Below, in pieces: positions 16,375 to 23,847 of a stretch of DNA of 23,847 bases. The notes under the pieces were generated by a model that worked only from the letters and a program-made list of their open reading frames with translations, searched no databases and had not been told where the DNA came from. This DNA comes from Candidatus Altiarchaeota archaeon (GTDB taxonomy: Archaea > Altiarchaeota > Altiarchaeia > IMC4 > SCGC-AAA252-I15): the NCBI GenBank assembly GCA_043813075.1, contig JBDRLL010000026.1, positions 1 through 23,847 of the forward strand, given 5' to 3'. Position numbers and translations under genes: made by a program. Every line of letters begins with the position of its first letter. The stretch's first letter is position 1.

Positions 16375-17751
16375 ATGGATTCGATGACTCATTCCAGGCT
16401 GGCGGCGCAGGCGGGAAAGAGGTATATTGAACTGGGTTTAGGCGAGGGGCTGGAGGCTGTCAGGAGGACTACTAGGGCCTTCGAGTCCAGCCACATTATA
16501 GTCACCTACCCCCCGTATCAGGCGCTCGACCCGATAAATCATGAGGAGATAGGTGCCGGCGGCCGGGACATAGCGTTATACGTGCACATACCCTACTGCC
16601 TCAACAAGTGCGCCTACTGCCACTACGTGAGCGATGTCGCCGAGGACGAGAAAGAGCAGGATAGATACGTCGACTATCTGAAAAAAGAGGTGGAGCTGGT
16701 ATCACGGATATTCAATTTAAAAGACAAGAGGGTTGGCAGCGTCCACATCGGCGGGGGGACTCCGACAACACTCAAGACGCCAGTGCTCATAGAACTGATA
16801 GACAAGGTTAAAGAGCATTTCAGGGTGGATGAGAAGGCTGAGGTGACGCTTGAATCCTGCCCCAAGTCAATAATACGGCGTGTTGGAGAAGGCGGATTCG
16901 GCGGGCTGATAGACAAGGGCGTGTCGAGGCTGAGCATCGGCATACAGTCCTTCAACAACAAGGTGCTCAATATCGCTGGCAGGAAACACACCGGGAGACA
17001 GGCGAAACAGTCTGTAAAATTGGCGAGGGACGCGGGCTTCGGGAACATCAACGTAGACATGATGATAGGGCTGCCGGGACAAGACACCAGTAACATACAC
17101 CGGGACCTGGAATACTTAAGCATGCTTGAGCCGGAGTCGCTGACACTCTACCACCTCCGGCTCAAGTCAAGCGTGCCCATGTACGACCTACTGATGGAAG
17201 ACAGCGGACGCTTCCCGGACATAGAGTCCTCGCTGACCATGGACCTCATGTACAGGACATACCTGGACGGCCTCGGATACCACGAGGACCCGGTGAACTG
17301 GTTCAACAAGCAAAAAAAGTACGAGTACAGGCACCAGCTCGACAAGTGGGGTGACAAGACAGACCTCGTGGCCCTCGGAGTGGCAGGCTACTCCCACCTC
17401 AACAACACCCAATACTACAACCACTGTAGGCTGGAAGACTACTACAACATGCTGGATCAAAACCGGCCGCCCGTGCACGTGGGGAAGAAGATTCCGGCCG
17501 CGGAGCAGGGGAGGCGGCATGTGATATTCAGGATCAAGACCAGGGCGGGGGTAGACAAGAAGGAATACGCGGAGAAATACGGTGCCAGCATAGACGAGGA
17601 ATTCGCAGGAATACTCCAAACCCTGGCGGAACAAGACCTGATACACGACACACAAGACCACGTCAGACTCACAGACAAAGGCATCCTCTTCGCGGACGAG
17701 ATCGCCCGCCTATTCTACTCTCCAGAGGTAGACCAGAGGCTAGGACAATGA
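16375..17751 (+). CDS. Radical SAM enzyme, HemN/HemW-like (coproporphyrinogen III oxidase family)
   Basis: LYVHIPYCLNKCAYC (CxxxCxxC), IGGGTPT, RLSIGIQSF, NINVDMMIGLPGQ, GVAGYS and HemN_C tail 'RLTDKGILFADEIARLF'. Confidence 0.9.
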   Translation: MDSMTHSRLAAQAGKRYIELGLGEGLEAVRRTTRAFESSHIIVTYPPYQALDPINHEEIGAGGRDIALYVHIPYCLNKCAYCHYVSDVAEDEKEQDRYVDYLKKEVELVSRIFNLKDKRVGSVHIGGGTPTTLKTPVLIELIDKVKEHFRVDEKAEVTLESCPKSIIRRVGEGGFGGLIDKGVSRLSIGIQSFNNKVLNIAGRKHTGRQAKQSVKLARDAGFGNINVDMMIGLPGQDTSNIHRDLEYLSMLEPESLTLYHLRLKSSVPMYDLLMEDSGRFPDIESSLTMDLMYRTYLDGLGYHEDPVNWFNKQKKYEYRHQLDKWGDKTDLVALGVAGYSHLNNTQYYNHCRLEDYYNMLDQNRPPVHVGKKIPAAEQGRRHVIFRIKTRAGVDKKEYAEKYGASIDEEFAGILQTLAEQDLIHDTQDHVRLTDKGILFADEIARLFYSPEVDQRLGQ

Positions 17752-17900
17752 AGATCCAGAAGGCAGTGGAGTTACTAACCCTCATATTGAAGCGATAAAC
17801 AGGAGTAACTATGGCTTGGACCTTTTTGGGGTTTATCCCTCTTAGGGCTAAACTAGGGGGGGTTTAACGTTTATATGTGCGTTTTTATTTATTCTTAGAT

Positions 17901-18602
17901 ATGAGGGGGGGAATAGTCTTTGCGTTAATGTTGATGCTTGCGTTATTGGTTTTTCCGGGGGTAAGTGCGGACGTTATAACTCCGACTGTGACAAATGTTT
18001 ACTTCGAGCAGGGCGGTCAAGCCTATAATGGCGATATTGAATTTACTGTCCGGGGATACGGGTATAGTTACTCGGTTGGCCCTCGTGTTGAGAGAGAACC
18101 GGGGACTTACACTCCTGAAGTCGTATTCTCCTTCACGGGAACATATAGTGGGTATGGGGATAGGATCTATGAGACTTATTACAGGAATTACAGGCGCATA
18201 GATTATTATGAGTTAGAGGGCAAAACCGCTGACGGTAAAACATTTGTGATAAAGGATATTGAGAACATTCCCACAAACTGCAGCAATTCACAGCAATACG
18301 ATATTTCTGATGGAGAAGGCTATTACAAACAAACAGAGGAATACAACCAGTGTATGCGAGAAGAGTCTCATTCCCATAATTTGTGTAAACAGTATCTGCA
18401 GGAGATGGATGAGGCAGATTTTATAAAAGACGATAACGGCTATCCCGTCGATCGAGTTTGCGAACTTAGATTTGATTTAGATACCGCCCGATGGGATGGG
18501 CAGGTTGTTCCGGAGCCGACACCCGGACCCACTCCAGGACCAAAAGGATTTTGGGGCAGGATTAGTTGCTTCTTTAAGAGGATGTTCGGCGGAAGCTGTT
18601 AA
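17901..18602 (+). CDS. Secreted hypothetical protein with Pro-rich linker and amphipathic C-terminal tail
   Basis: Signal peptide MRGGIVFALMLMLALLVFPGVSA|D; C-terminus PEPTPGPTPGPKGFWGRISCFFKRMFGGSC. ATG 17901 preferred over GTG 17877. Confidence 0.75.
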   Translation: MRGGIVFALMLMLALLVFPGVSADVITPTVTNVYFEQGGQAYNGDIEFTVRGYGYSYSVGPRVEREPGTYTPEVVFSFTGTYSGYGDRIYETYYRNYRRIDYYELEGKTADGKTFVIKDIENIPTNCSNSQQYDISDGEGYYKQTEEYNQCMREESHSHNLCKQYLQEMDEADFIKDDNGYPVDRVCELRFDLDTARWDGQVVPEPTPGPTPGPKGFWGRISCFFKRMFGGSC

Positions 18603-18603
18603 A

Positions 18604-18948
18604 ATGCTGTATGAAACAAGATTTCTAATCTCACTCTTCTTAACCCTGATTATTGAAGTCCCAACCTTATTTTTTCTCATAAGATTTTTCCATGAAAATA
18701 AGAGGATATCTTCCAAAAAAATCATCTCTTCCGGAGTAATTGCTTCAGCCCTGACATTACCTTATCTCTGGTTCGTCTTACCCCCATACATTAATTCAAA
18801 TTACTACATATACCTTGGGGAAGTCTTAATTCTATGCCTGGAGGCCCTGATATACAACCAATTGTTAGGATTAGATATTAGAAAATCCTTCTTTGCATCT
18901 CTTGTCTGCAATCTCAGTTCATTCGTAATTGGGCTGATGATAGTCTAA
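18604..18948 (+). CDS. Small 4-TM membrane protein with intramembrane Glu residues
   Basis: ATG 1 nt after upstream stop; 114 aa; motifs 'LTLIIE', 'SALTLPYLW', 'GE....LE', 'CNLSSF'; AT-rich. Confidence 0.75.
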   Translation: MLYETRFLISLFLTLIIEVPTLFFLIRFFHENKRISSKKIISSGVIASALTLPYLWFVLPPYINSNYYIYLGEVLILCLEALIYNQLLGLDIRKSFFASLVCNLSSFVIGLMIV

Positions 18949-19062
18949 AGTGCTTCTTCCCGCCACGGCCCTGGCTTTTCCGACCCGCATATACAACCCG
19001 CTAAAGAAGTTTTGGCGGTATCCTGGATGTTATTCGCGTTAGTGAAAAACCCGGAGAACCGA

Positions 19063-20349
19063 TCATTTGCTTAGATCATACCTGCTCCTAGCGCCCACCT
19101 GGGACAGGCATCGGAGCGAGCCGCCGCCGCCAATGTACTCGTAAAATCCGCTTATCATACTCACGTCATAGCCGAGGGACCTGTAGACTTCAGCGGCAGC
19201 CGAGTCGAGGGTCGGTATGCCGTAGGATGGCATGTAGACTTTCCTGACGTGACCGCCCTCCGGGCTGACGTAATTCTCCTGCAGGACGTTGTTGTATGTC
19301 AGCGCCGCCCTAACCGGATGCCCGGCAGTCTCCGGCAGGGGGATGTATGGGATCCAGCGGACTTCAAGCCCACGAGCCTCCAGCGACTTCTTGTATTCCT
19401 CAAGGCCTTCGCGTATTCCGGGAGTCTCCTTGACTAGCCTGGCCCAGTAGTCTACCGTAGGCTCCATCCCCGTTGCCTTGCGGAACCCGTTCGCGTCCAC
19501 AACCTGCTTGAGTAGGACATCATTGAGCATGTAATCCCCTTCTTCATGATTCAGCTTGCCCAGGAGTTCAGCGCCAAGCAGCGGGTTGCCGACGAGGACG
19601 ACGTTACTCCTCTCCCTCCCGCCATCGTCCACCGGCCCCAGGGGAGTGAACCACATGTCCAAGTGCGGTTTGAACAGGAGCCTGCCCCGCCTTCCGAGCG
19701 GGAGGTCTATTACCTCAACGTTCTTGCCTGAAGTCTCAGCCAGCTTAACCCTCACCTCATCCATAGTGACGTGGCGTTGCTGGACCGACTCTGAGGCAAA
19801 GACGTTGGACACGAAGAGCGTCCTGTCGTTGCTGGTGGCATAACCCCCGGTAGGGAAGAGCCTCCCGTAGTCGCCGGCCGCGTCCACGCCAAAGAACCTC
19901 CCATCCTGTCTGAGAATCTCTGGGAAACCCTTCTCATTGAACCAGTCGACGTTGTGGGGCCTCAATGCCGTGCCTGAAGGGGTCTCGTAGGGCGCGAAGA
20001 GCTCACGCATCCACACCATCTCCATCGCACCGAGGCCTGTGAAACGGTAATTCCTGTCTGAAAGACCGTTCTCAGCGAGATGCTGCCTGAACCTCTCCTC
20101 CTGCTCCTGGCCTTTAGAGACTATAGTGTATTCCACGTCAGAAGGCATCTGGCGCATCAAGGACTTTATGAAGTGGGGGACGGCTTTCTCGTGGACTCCG
20201 AGAAACAGGTGGTGTATCCTGCCGTGCGTGTCGGACATGAAGCGGGCGTTCTCGAGGGGGATGTCGAGGGGTAAGACCAGCTGGCGCGAATCGAATTCAG
20301 GCGCCGTGAACCCGGCCCTGGAGAAGGGAATGCCACCATCAGTCTTCAT
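19063..20349 (-). CDS. Pentein superfamily enzyme (agmatine deiminase/peptidylarginine deiminase-like)
   Basis: WMRE (cf. WxRD), GG, HLD, TYNN, 'YMPSYG' and C-terminal GGGSLRC with catalytic Cys. Confidence 0.75.
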   Translation of the reverse strand: MKTDGGIPFSRAGFTAPEFDSRQLVLPLDIPLENARFMSDTHGRIHHLFLGVHEKAVPHFIKSLMRQMPSDVEYTIVSKGQEQEERFRQHLAENGLSDRNYRFTGLGAMEMVWMRELFAPYETPSGTALRPHNVDWFNEKGFPEILRQDGRFFGVDAAGDYGRLFPTGGYATSNDRTLFVSNVFASESVQQRHVTMDEVRVKLAETSGKNVEVIDLPLGRRGRLLFKPHLDMWFTPLGPVDDGGRERSNVVLVGNPLLGAELLGKLNHEEGDYMLNDVLLKQVVDANGFRKATGMEPTVDYWARLVKETPGIREGLEEYKKSLEARGLEVRWIPYIPLPETAGHPVRAALTYNNVLQENYVSPEGGHVRKVYMPSYGIPTLDSAAAEVYRSLGYDVSMISGFYEYIGGGGSLRCLSQVGARSRYDLSK

Positions 20350-20390
20350 ACTTTACTAATAGAGTGTATTCCAGTAAAAACACGCTTAGA

Positions 20391-21503
20391 CTATGCTGGC
20401 GGCTGGCATCTGCCGCCCACGCACAGCCAGCCGGGGGCGTGAATGTCTGCACAGTATATTCGGATTGAGTCGCACATCATGCCGTTACAGTATCCCTCCT
20501 CCACATAGTCGCCAGCTCCAGAGCACACGTCGTTCACGCCATGTGTTACAAGCGCGTCCCCGTCGCTAGTGTAGTAGTAGCATTCTCCGGTAACATCAGG
20601 GTTCTGGCCGCCGTCAGTATCCTCGCAGGGTGGGAGAGTTGTCGTCGTGGTTGGGGCGATAGTCGTCGTAGTAGTGGGCGCACGGGTGGTTGTTGTTGGG
20701 GCGCGAGTAGTCGTCGTGGTGGTTGGGGCGCGAGTCGTGGTGGTTGGGGCGCGGGTCGTGGTGGTGGCCAGTGACAGAGTCGTGGTGGTTGGGGCGCGGG
20801 TTGTTGTCGGCGCGATAGTAGTCGCGGCCCCGCCGCCGGCTGGCAGGGTGGTTGTGGTCGCGTTGCAGCAGCAGTATTCCGGCTGGCACTGGCTGTCACC
20901 CAGTTCAGCGCGGACGTCGTCGTCCACACACTTCTTGGAGTTATGGCAGTACCATCCCGGATGACCCTTCTCCATGCACGCGTCAACGCAATCCACTATG
21001 CTTGCGTTAACGCACTTGCCGACCACACACGCCTCCCAATCCTTGCATGAATTATAGGCCTCTAACTTGGATTTCATGACGCAATCGGACTCGACAGTCC
21101 CCGGCTTCCTGCACTGCGGAGTCTCGTAGTACATTACAACGTCGCCACGATAGCATTTAGTGTAGTTGACCGCATCACCACAATCCTTGCTCATAGTGCA
21201 CGCTATCTTGAGTGTCGTGGAAGTGGAAGTGGTCTTCACTGTGGTCACAGGCTTGAGCGTTGTCGTAGAAGCCAGCGTAGTGGTGGTGTCAGGCTTCCTT
21301 GTCGTGGTGGTAGCCTCCTCGTCACCGTCGCATATCATGTTGCTGTTCCGGTCCAGGCAGCAGTCATCGGCAAAACGGATGTAGGGGGGATTGCAGTTGA
21401 CTGTTAATCCTGGTTTCCCGCCGGAAGTCTCCCCTGGAGGCGAGATGCAGCCGCAGAAGAGCAAGACCAACACAAGGCACATTAAATGCCTGTATGAGTT
21501 CAT
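20391..21503 (-). CDS. Cys-rich, Thr-rich (mucin-like) surface lipoprotein
   Basis: Lipobox-like 'LLFCGC'; modules CNPPY...CCLD..N.ICD, C....DCG, CEDTDGG; two Thr-rich linkers. ATG 21503 preferred. Confidence 0.8.
   Translation of the reverse strand: MNSYRHLMCLVLVLLFCGCISPPGETSGGKPGLTVNCNPPYIRFADDCCLDRNSNMICDGDEEATTTTRKPDTTTTLASTTTLKPVTTVKTTSTSTTLKIACTMSKDCGDAVNYTKCYRGDVVMYYETPQCRKPGTVESDCVMKSKLEAYNSCKDWEACVVGKCVNASIVDCVDACMEKGHPGWYCHNSKKCVDDDVRAELGDSQCQPEYCCCNATTTTLPAGGGAATTIAPTTTRAPTTTTLSLATTTTRAPTTTTRAPTTTTTTRAPTTTTRAPTTTTTIAPTTTTTLPPCEDTDGGQNPDVTGECYYYTSDGDALVTHGVNDVCSGAGDYVEEGYCNGMMCDSIRIYCADIHAPGWLCVGGRCQPPA
20632..20860 (-). repeat. Intragenic tandem repeat encoding T(3-6)-R/I-A-P
   Basis: Repeated GTGGTTGGGGCGCG-like units on the + strand; protein TTTRAPTTTT...RAPTTTTRAPTTTTTTRAPTTTTRAPTTTTTIAP. 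Confidence 0.85.
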
Positions 21504-21625
21504 AGTACGGTTTATCAATCAGACTCATCGAATAAAAAAAGGGGGGTTAATACACAGACACTCGTTCACACTCCAATCTCCCGGAGAATAGGGTAATTTA
21601 TTTGCGCACTATTTCAGTTCATATC

Positions 21626-23158
21626 ATGAGGAGTGTGCTGGCGCTTATATTATCGCTGATGCTGGCTGCAGGATGCATGAGCGGGTCTGACCCCGAATCG
21701 GGCGTGAGTGCTGAAGACTGCGACGTCAAGCAGGGTGATGAGAAGCTGTTCTGCATCGCCAGCGTTACTGGAGACTACTCCCAGTGCGAGAGGATTCAAG
21801 TCAGGGTTTTCAGGGAGACATGCTACAGCATGGTGGCTGAGAAGACGGGGAACCCCGGACTCTGCGACGAGATAAACACTTCAGTCGGCGGGAGGGAGAC
21901 CCACGCCATCAGAGACCTCTGCATACTGAGGGTGGCCACCAAGAACCAGGACCTGAGCCTCTGCGACAGGATAACCACTGAAGAGGGAAGGAATGACTGT
22001 GTGGGCGAGATAACCAGGGGCAGCGAGTACTGTGAAGACTATGAGACGCAGAAGGAGAGGGACATGTGCTACCTCATGCTGGGAATGAAAAACTACGACC
22101 CTGACGCGTGCTCGATGATACAGATGGACCAGAACAGGATAAGCTGCATAAAATTCGCTGCCGCAGGCAGGAGAGACAAGGAGATATGCGGTAGGCTCGG
22201 CGACCAACAGCTCATTGACGACTGCGTTAAGACTGTGATAAGCGTCGTGTCGAGGCCGAAAGACATCGTCATCAAGGCTGAGAGGGATGGGAACCCGCAC
22301 GAGTGCGGTAATATAGTCAACGACTTCACGAGAGACAGCTGCTACGACAAGATAGGGAGGGATTTCAACAACACCGACTCCTGCAGGCTCATAAGCAGGC
22401 AGGACAAGGCCGACGACTGCGTGCTCCATGTGATGCGGGGGAGGGAGGACATTGCCTTGTGCGGAAGCCTCAAGACGCAGACAATGAAGGACAAGTGCGT
22501 GCTGGCGGTGGTAAGGAGGGATAATGCGAGCGGCCTGTGCGAGACGATAGGGACGGGAGACTATGCCGACGAATGCTACCTCCACCTGGGCACCGTGAAC
22601 AAGAATCCAGCGATTTGTGGTATGATAGAGGACGAGAACGACGCTGACTTCTGCCACATCAATATTGCAGGGAAGCTCGGCGACACCAGCCAGTGCGAGA
22701 AGCTGAAGGTCTTGGACGTCACGTCATGCTACGTGATTGTTGCCGTGGAGCAGCATGACACTGGAATATGCTCCAGCATGAGTGACGTGAAGAAGGCGGA
22801 CAAATGCTATGAGGGCGTTGCTGTAGCGCACAACGAGACGGGCGTGTGCGGGATGATCACCGCAGGATTCGACAGGGGCAGGTGCATTGCCAACATAGCG
22901 GAAAGCATGGGTGACGAGGCCTTGTGCGACAGCATATCCGACGACTACTGGAAGTCCAAGTGCAAAGACAGGTTCACTAGAAACGATGCCGTGAGGATGA
23001 AGGACCTGGAATTGTGCGAGACCATAGGCGACACCCTCATCAAGGACGACTGCATTGAAACCATAGCGAGACGCACGAAGAACCCTGAAGCCTGCGGTAG
23101 GATAACCACAGACTACGTGAGGGAGAGCTGCGTCAGGGACGTGAAACCCCAGGGATGA
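21626..23158 (+). CDS. Lipoprotein with about 18 Cys-pair helical repeats (C-x2-I-x5-RD-x-C)
   Basis: Lipobox 'LAAGC'; about 26-aa repeats such as CERIQVRVFRETC, CDRITTEEGRNDC, CGRITTDYVRESC. ATG 21626 preferred. Confidence 0.85.
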   Translation: MRSVLALILSLMLAAGCMSGSDPESGVSAEDCDVKQGDEKLFCIASVTGDYSQCERIQVRVFRETCYSMVAEKTGNPGLCDEINTSVGGRETHAIRDLCILRVATKNQDLSLCDRITTEEGRNDCVGEITRGSEYCEDYETQKERDMCYLMLGMKNYDPDACSMIQMDQNRISCIKFAAAGRRDKEICGRLGDQQLIDDCVKTVISVVSRPKDIVIKAERDGNPHECGNIVNDFTRDSCYDKIGRDFNNTDSCRLISRQDKADDCVLHVMRGREDIALCGSLKTQTMKDKCVLAVVRRDNASGLCETIGTGDYADECYLHLGTVNKNPAICGMIEDENDADFCHINIAGKLGDTSQCEKLKVLDVTSCYVIVAVEQHDTGICSSMSDVKKADKCYEGVAVAHNETGVCGMITAGFDRGRCIANIAESMGDEALCDSISDDYWKSKCKDRFTRNDAVRMKDLELCETIGDTLIKDDCIETIARRTKNPEACGRITTDYVRESCVRDVKPQG

Positions 23159-23188
23159 TTGATATAAACAGGATTCCTAGTATAGAAC

Positions 23189-23847
23189 ATGCCTGAACCA
23201 AGGTACGTGCACAGGCGGATTGAGAATGTCGACGACACCGTGATGATAGGCTTCGGCATGCCGGAAGCCAAGGAAGCCCCTGCGCCGGAGAGGAGGAAGC
23301 CTCCTGTAGTGCCAATCGAATACAAGTACGGTCCAGACACTCCTGAAAAAGTCAGGGAGAGTGTCAGCCGCCTTGTGGGTAGGCTGTTCGATGAGGGGGC
23401 AGTCCAGGAAAGCCTCACCCCCATAGACCCTGCGAGGGGGATAGGGGTCTTAAAGCTTAATAAAGTGGTGGTGGAGGGGCTGGTGAGCGACGACGACCGG
23501 CTCGCCAAGCTGCCGAGGGTCGACAGGGACAATGGAGTGCTGACGCTACCATTCGGCAGGGAGACTCCGGAGAGGGACGTGCTTGGAGCGCTCGTCACAG
23601 CCTTAAGGCAGCCGGAGAGGCCTGCGGAATTCGAGCTGAATCCCATAGGCAGGCAGCTGCTTGACTCTGGAGGAATAAGTGCAGCGGATTTGGAGCGTTC
23701 CGAAGACAACGCGAGGTGGAGGCGATTCAAGCCCGACAATTACTCTGGCGGGAGGAGCGTTAAGACAGACGTACCTGAAGTCGAGTGCGGAGGGCTGAAG
23801 TTCGACCAGATCAAGGACAAGGGTGTTGTGAGGAACTACGTGCTGCA
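23189..23847 (+). CDS. Hypothetical protein, 3'-truncated (weak SelO-like motif)
   Basis: Open frame from ATG 23189 to window end (MPEPRYVHRRIENV...YSGGRSVKTDVPEVECGGLKFDQIKDKGV); TATA-like GATATAAA at 23161-23168; the listed 23113-23739 minus ORF is its antisense shadow. Confidence 0.7.
   Translation, partial: MPEPRYVHRRIENVDDTVMIGFGMPEAKEAPAPERRKPPVVPIEYKYGPDTPEKVRESVSRLVGRLFDEGAVQESLTPIDPARGIGVLKLNKVVVEGLVSDDDRLAKLPRVDRDNGVLTLPFGRETPERDVLGALVTALRQPERPAEFELNPIGRQLLDSGGISAADLERSEDNARWRRFKPDNYSGGRSVKTDVPEVECGGLKFDQIKDKGVVRNYVL

Larger units (their letters stand above)
14896..17858. mobile_element. tRNA-Gln-anchored genomic islet bounded by a 15-bp direct repeat; no integrase
   Basis: AGGGCTAAACTAGGG at 14896-14910 (tRNA 3' end plus trailer) and 17844-17858, with further degenerate similarity on both sides. 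Confidence 0.6.

Noticed and set aside
20632-20860. CRISPR array or DGR-like repeat
   Set aside because: Units are in-frame codon repeats for Thr/Arg-Ala-Pro without unique spacers; no cas or reverse transcriptase gene in the window.
21881-23739. Minus-strand ORFs 21881-22657 and 23113-23739
   Set aside because: Antisense shadows of the Cys-repeat lipoprotein and of the truncated + strand gene starting at 23189.

Overview
Archaeal DNA: it has TATA-box/leaderless gene starts and a tRNA-Gln with a bulge-helix-bulge intron. Thr-rich and Cys-rich lipoproteins suggest a DPANN/Altiarchaeota-like lineage (inference). The left part (1-9.6 kb) is a surface-glycan cluster: partial GT-C-like membrane protein, arylsulfotransferase, three GT4s, a Wzx-type flippase, GT2 + DUF2304 and a DUF5752-like protein. 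The middle has tRNA-Gly(TCC), preceded by an unexplained 84-nt tRNA-like structured element and followed by degenerate att-like copies. After it come an AbrB-like/nucleotidyltransferase + small basic protein pair with a tandem operator, a GT47-like ORF, a CxxC-x17-CxxC miniprotein missed by the ORF track, a methyltransferase-like ORF and an acyltransferase-3. tRNA-Gln(TTG) has a structured leader and a 51-nt, potentially bistable intron. Its 3' end is duplicated about 3 kb downstream, delimiting an integrase-less islet with a double-Lrp regulator and a divergent HemN-like radical SAM enzyme. The right part holds a secreted protein/4-TM pair, a pentein (agmatine/arginine deiminase-like) enzyme, two Cys-rich lipoproteins and a truncated, possibly SelO-like ORF. 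A repeated A/C-to-G/T strand-skew flip runs across the window, once inside a single gene.
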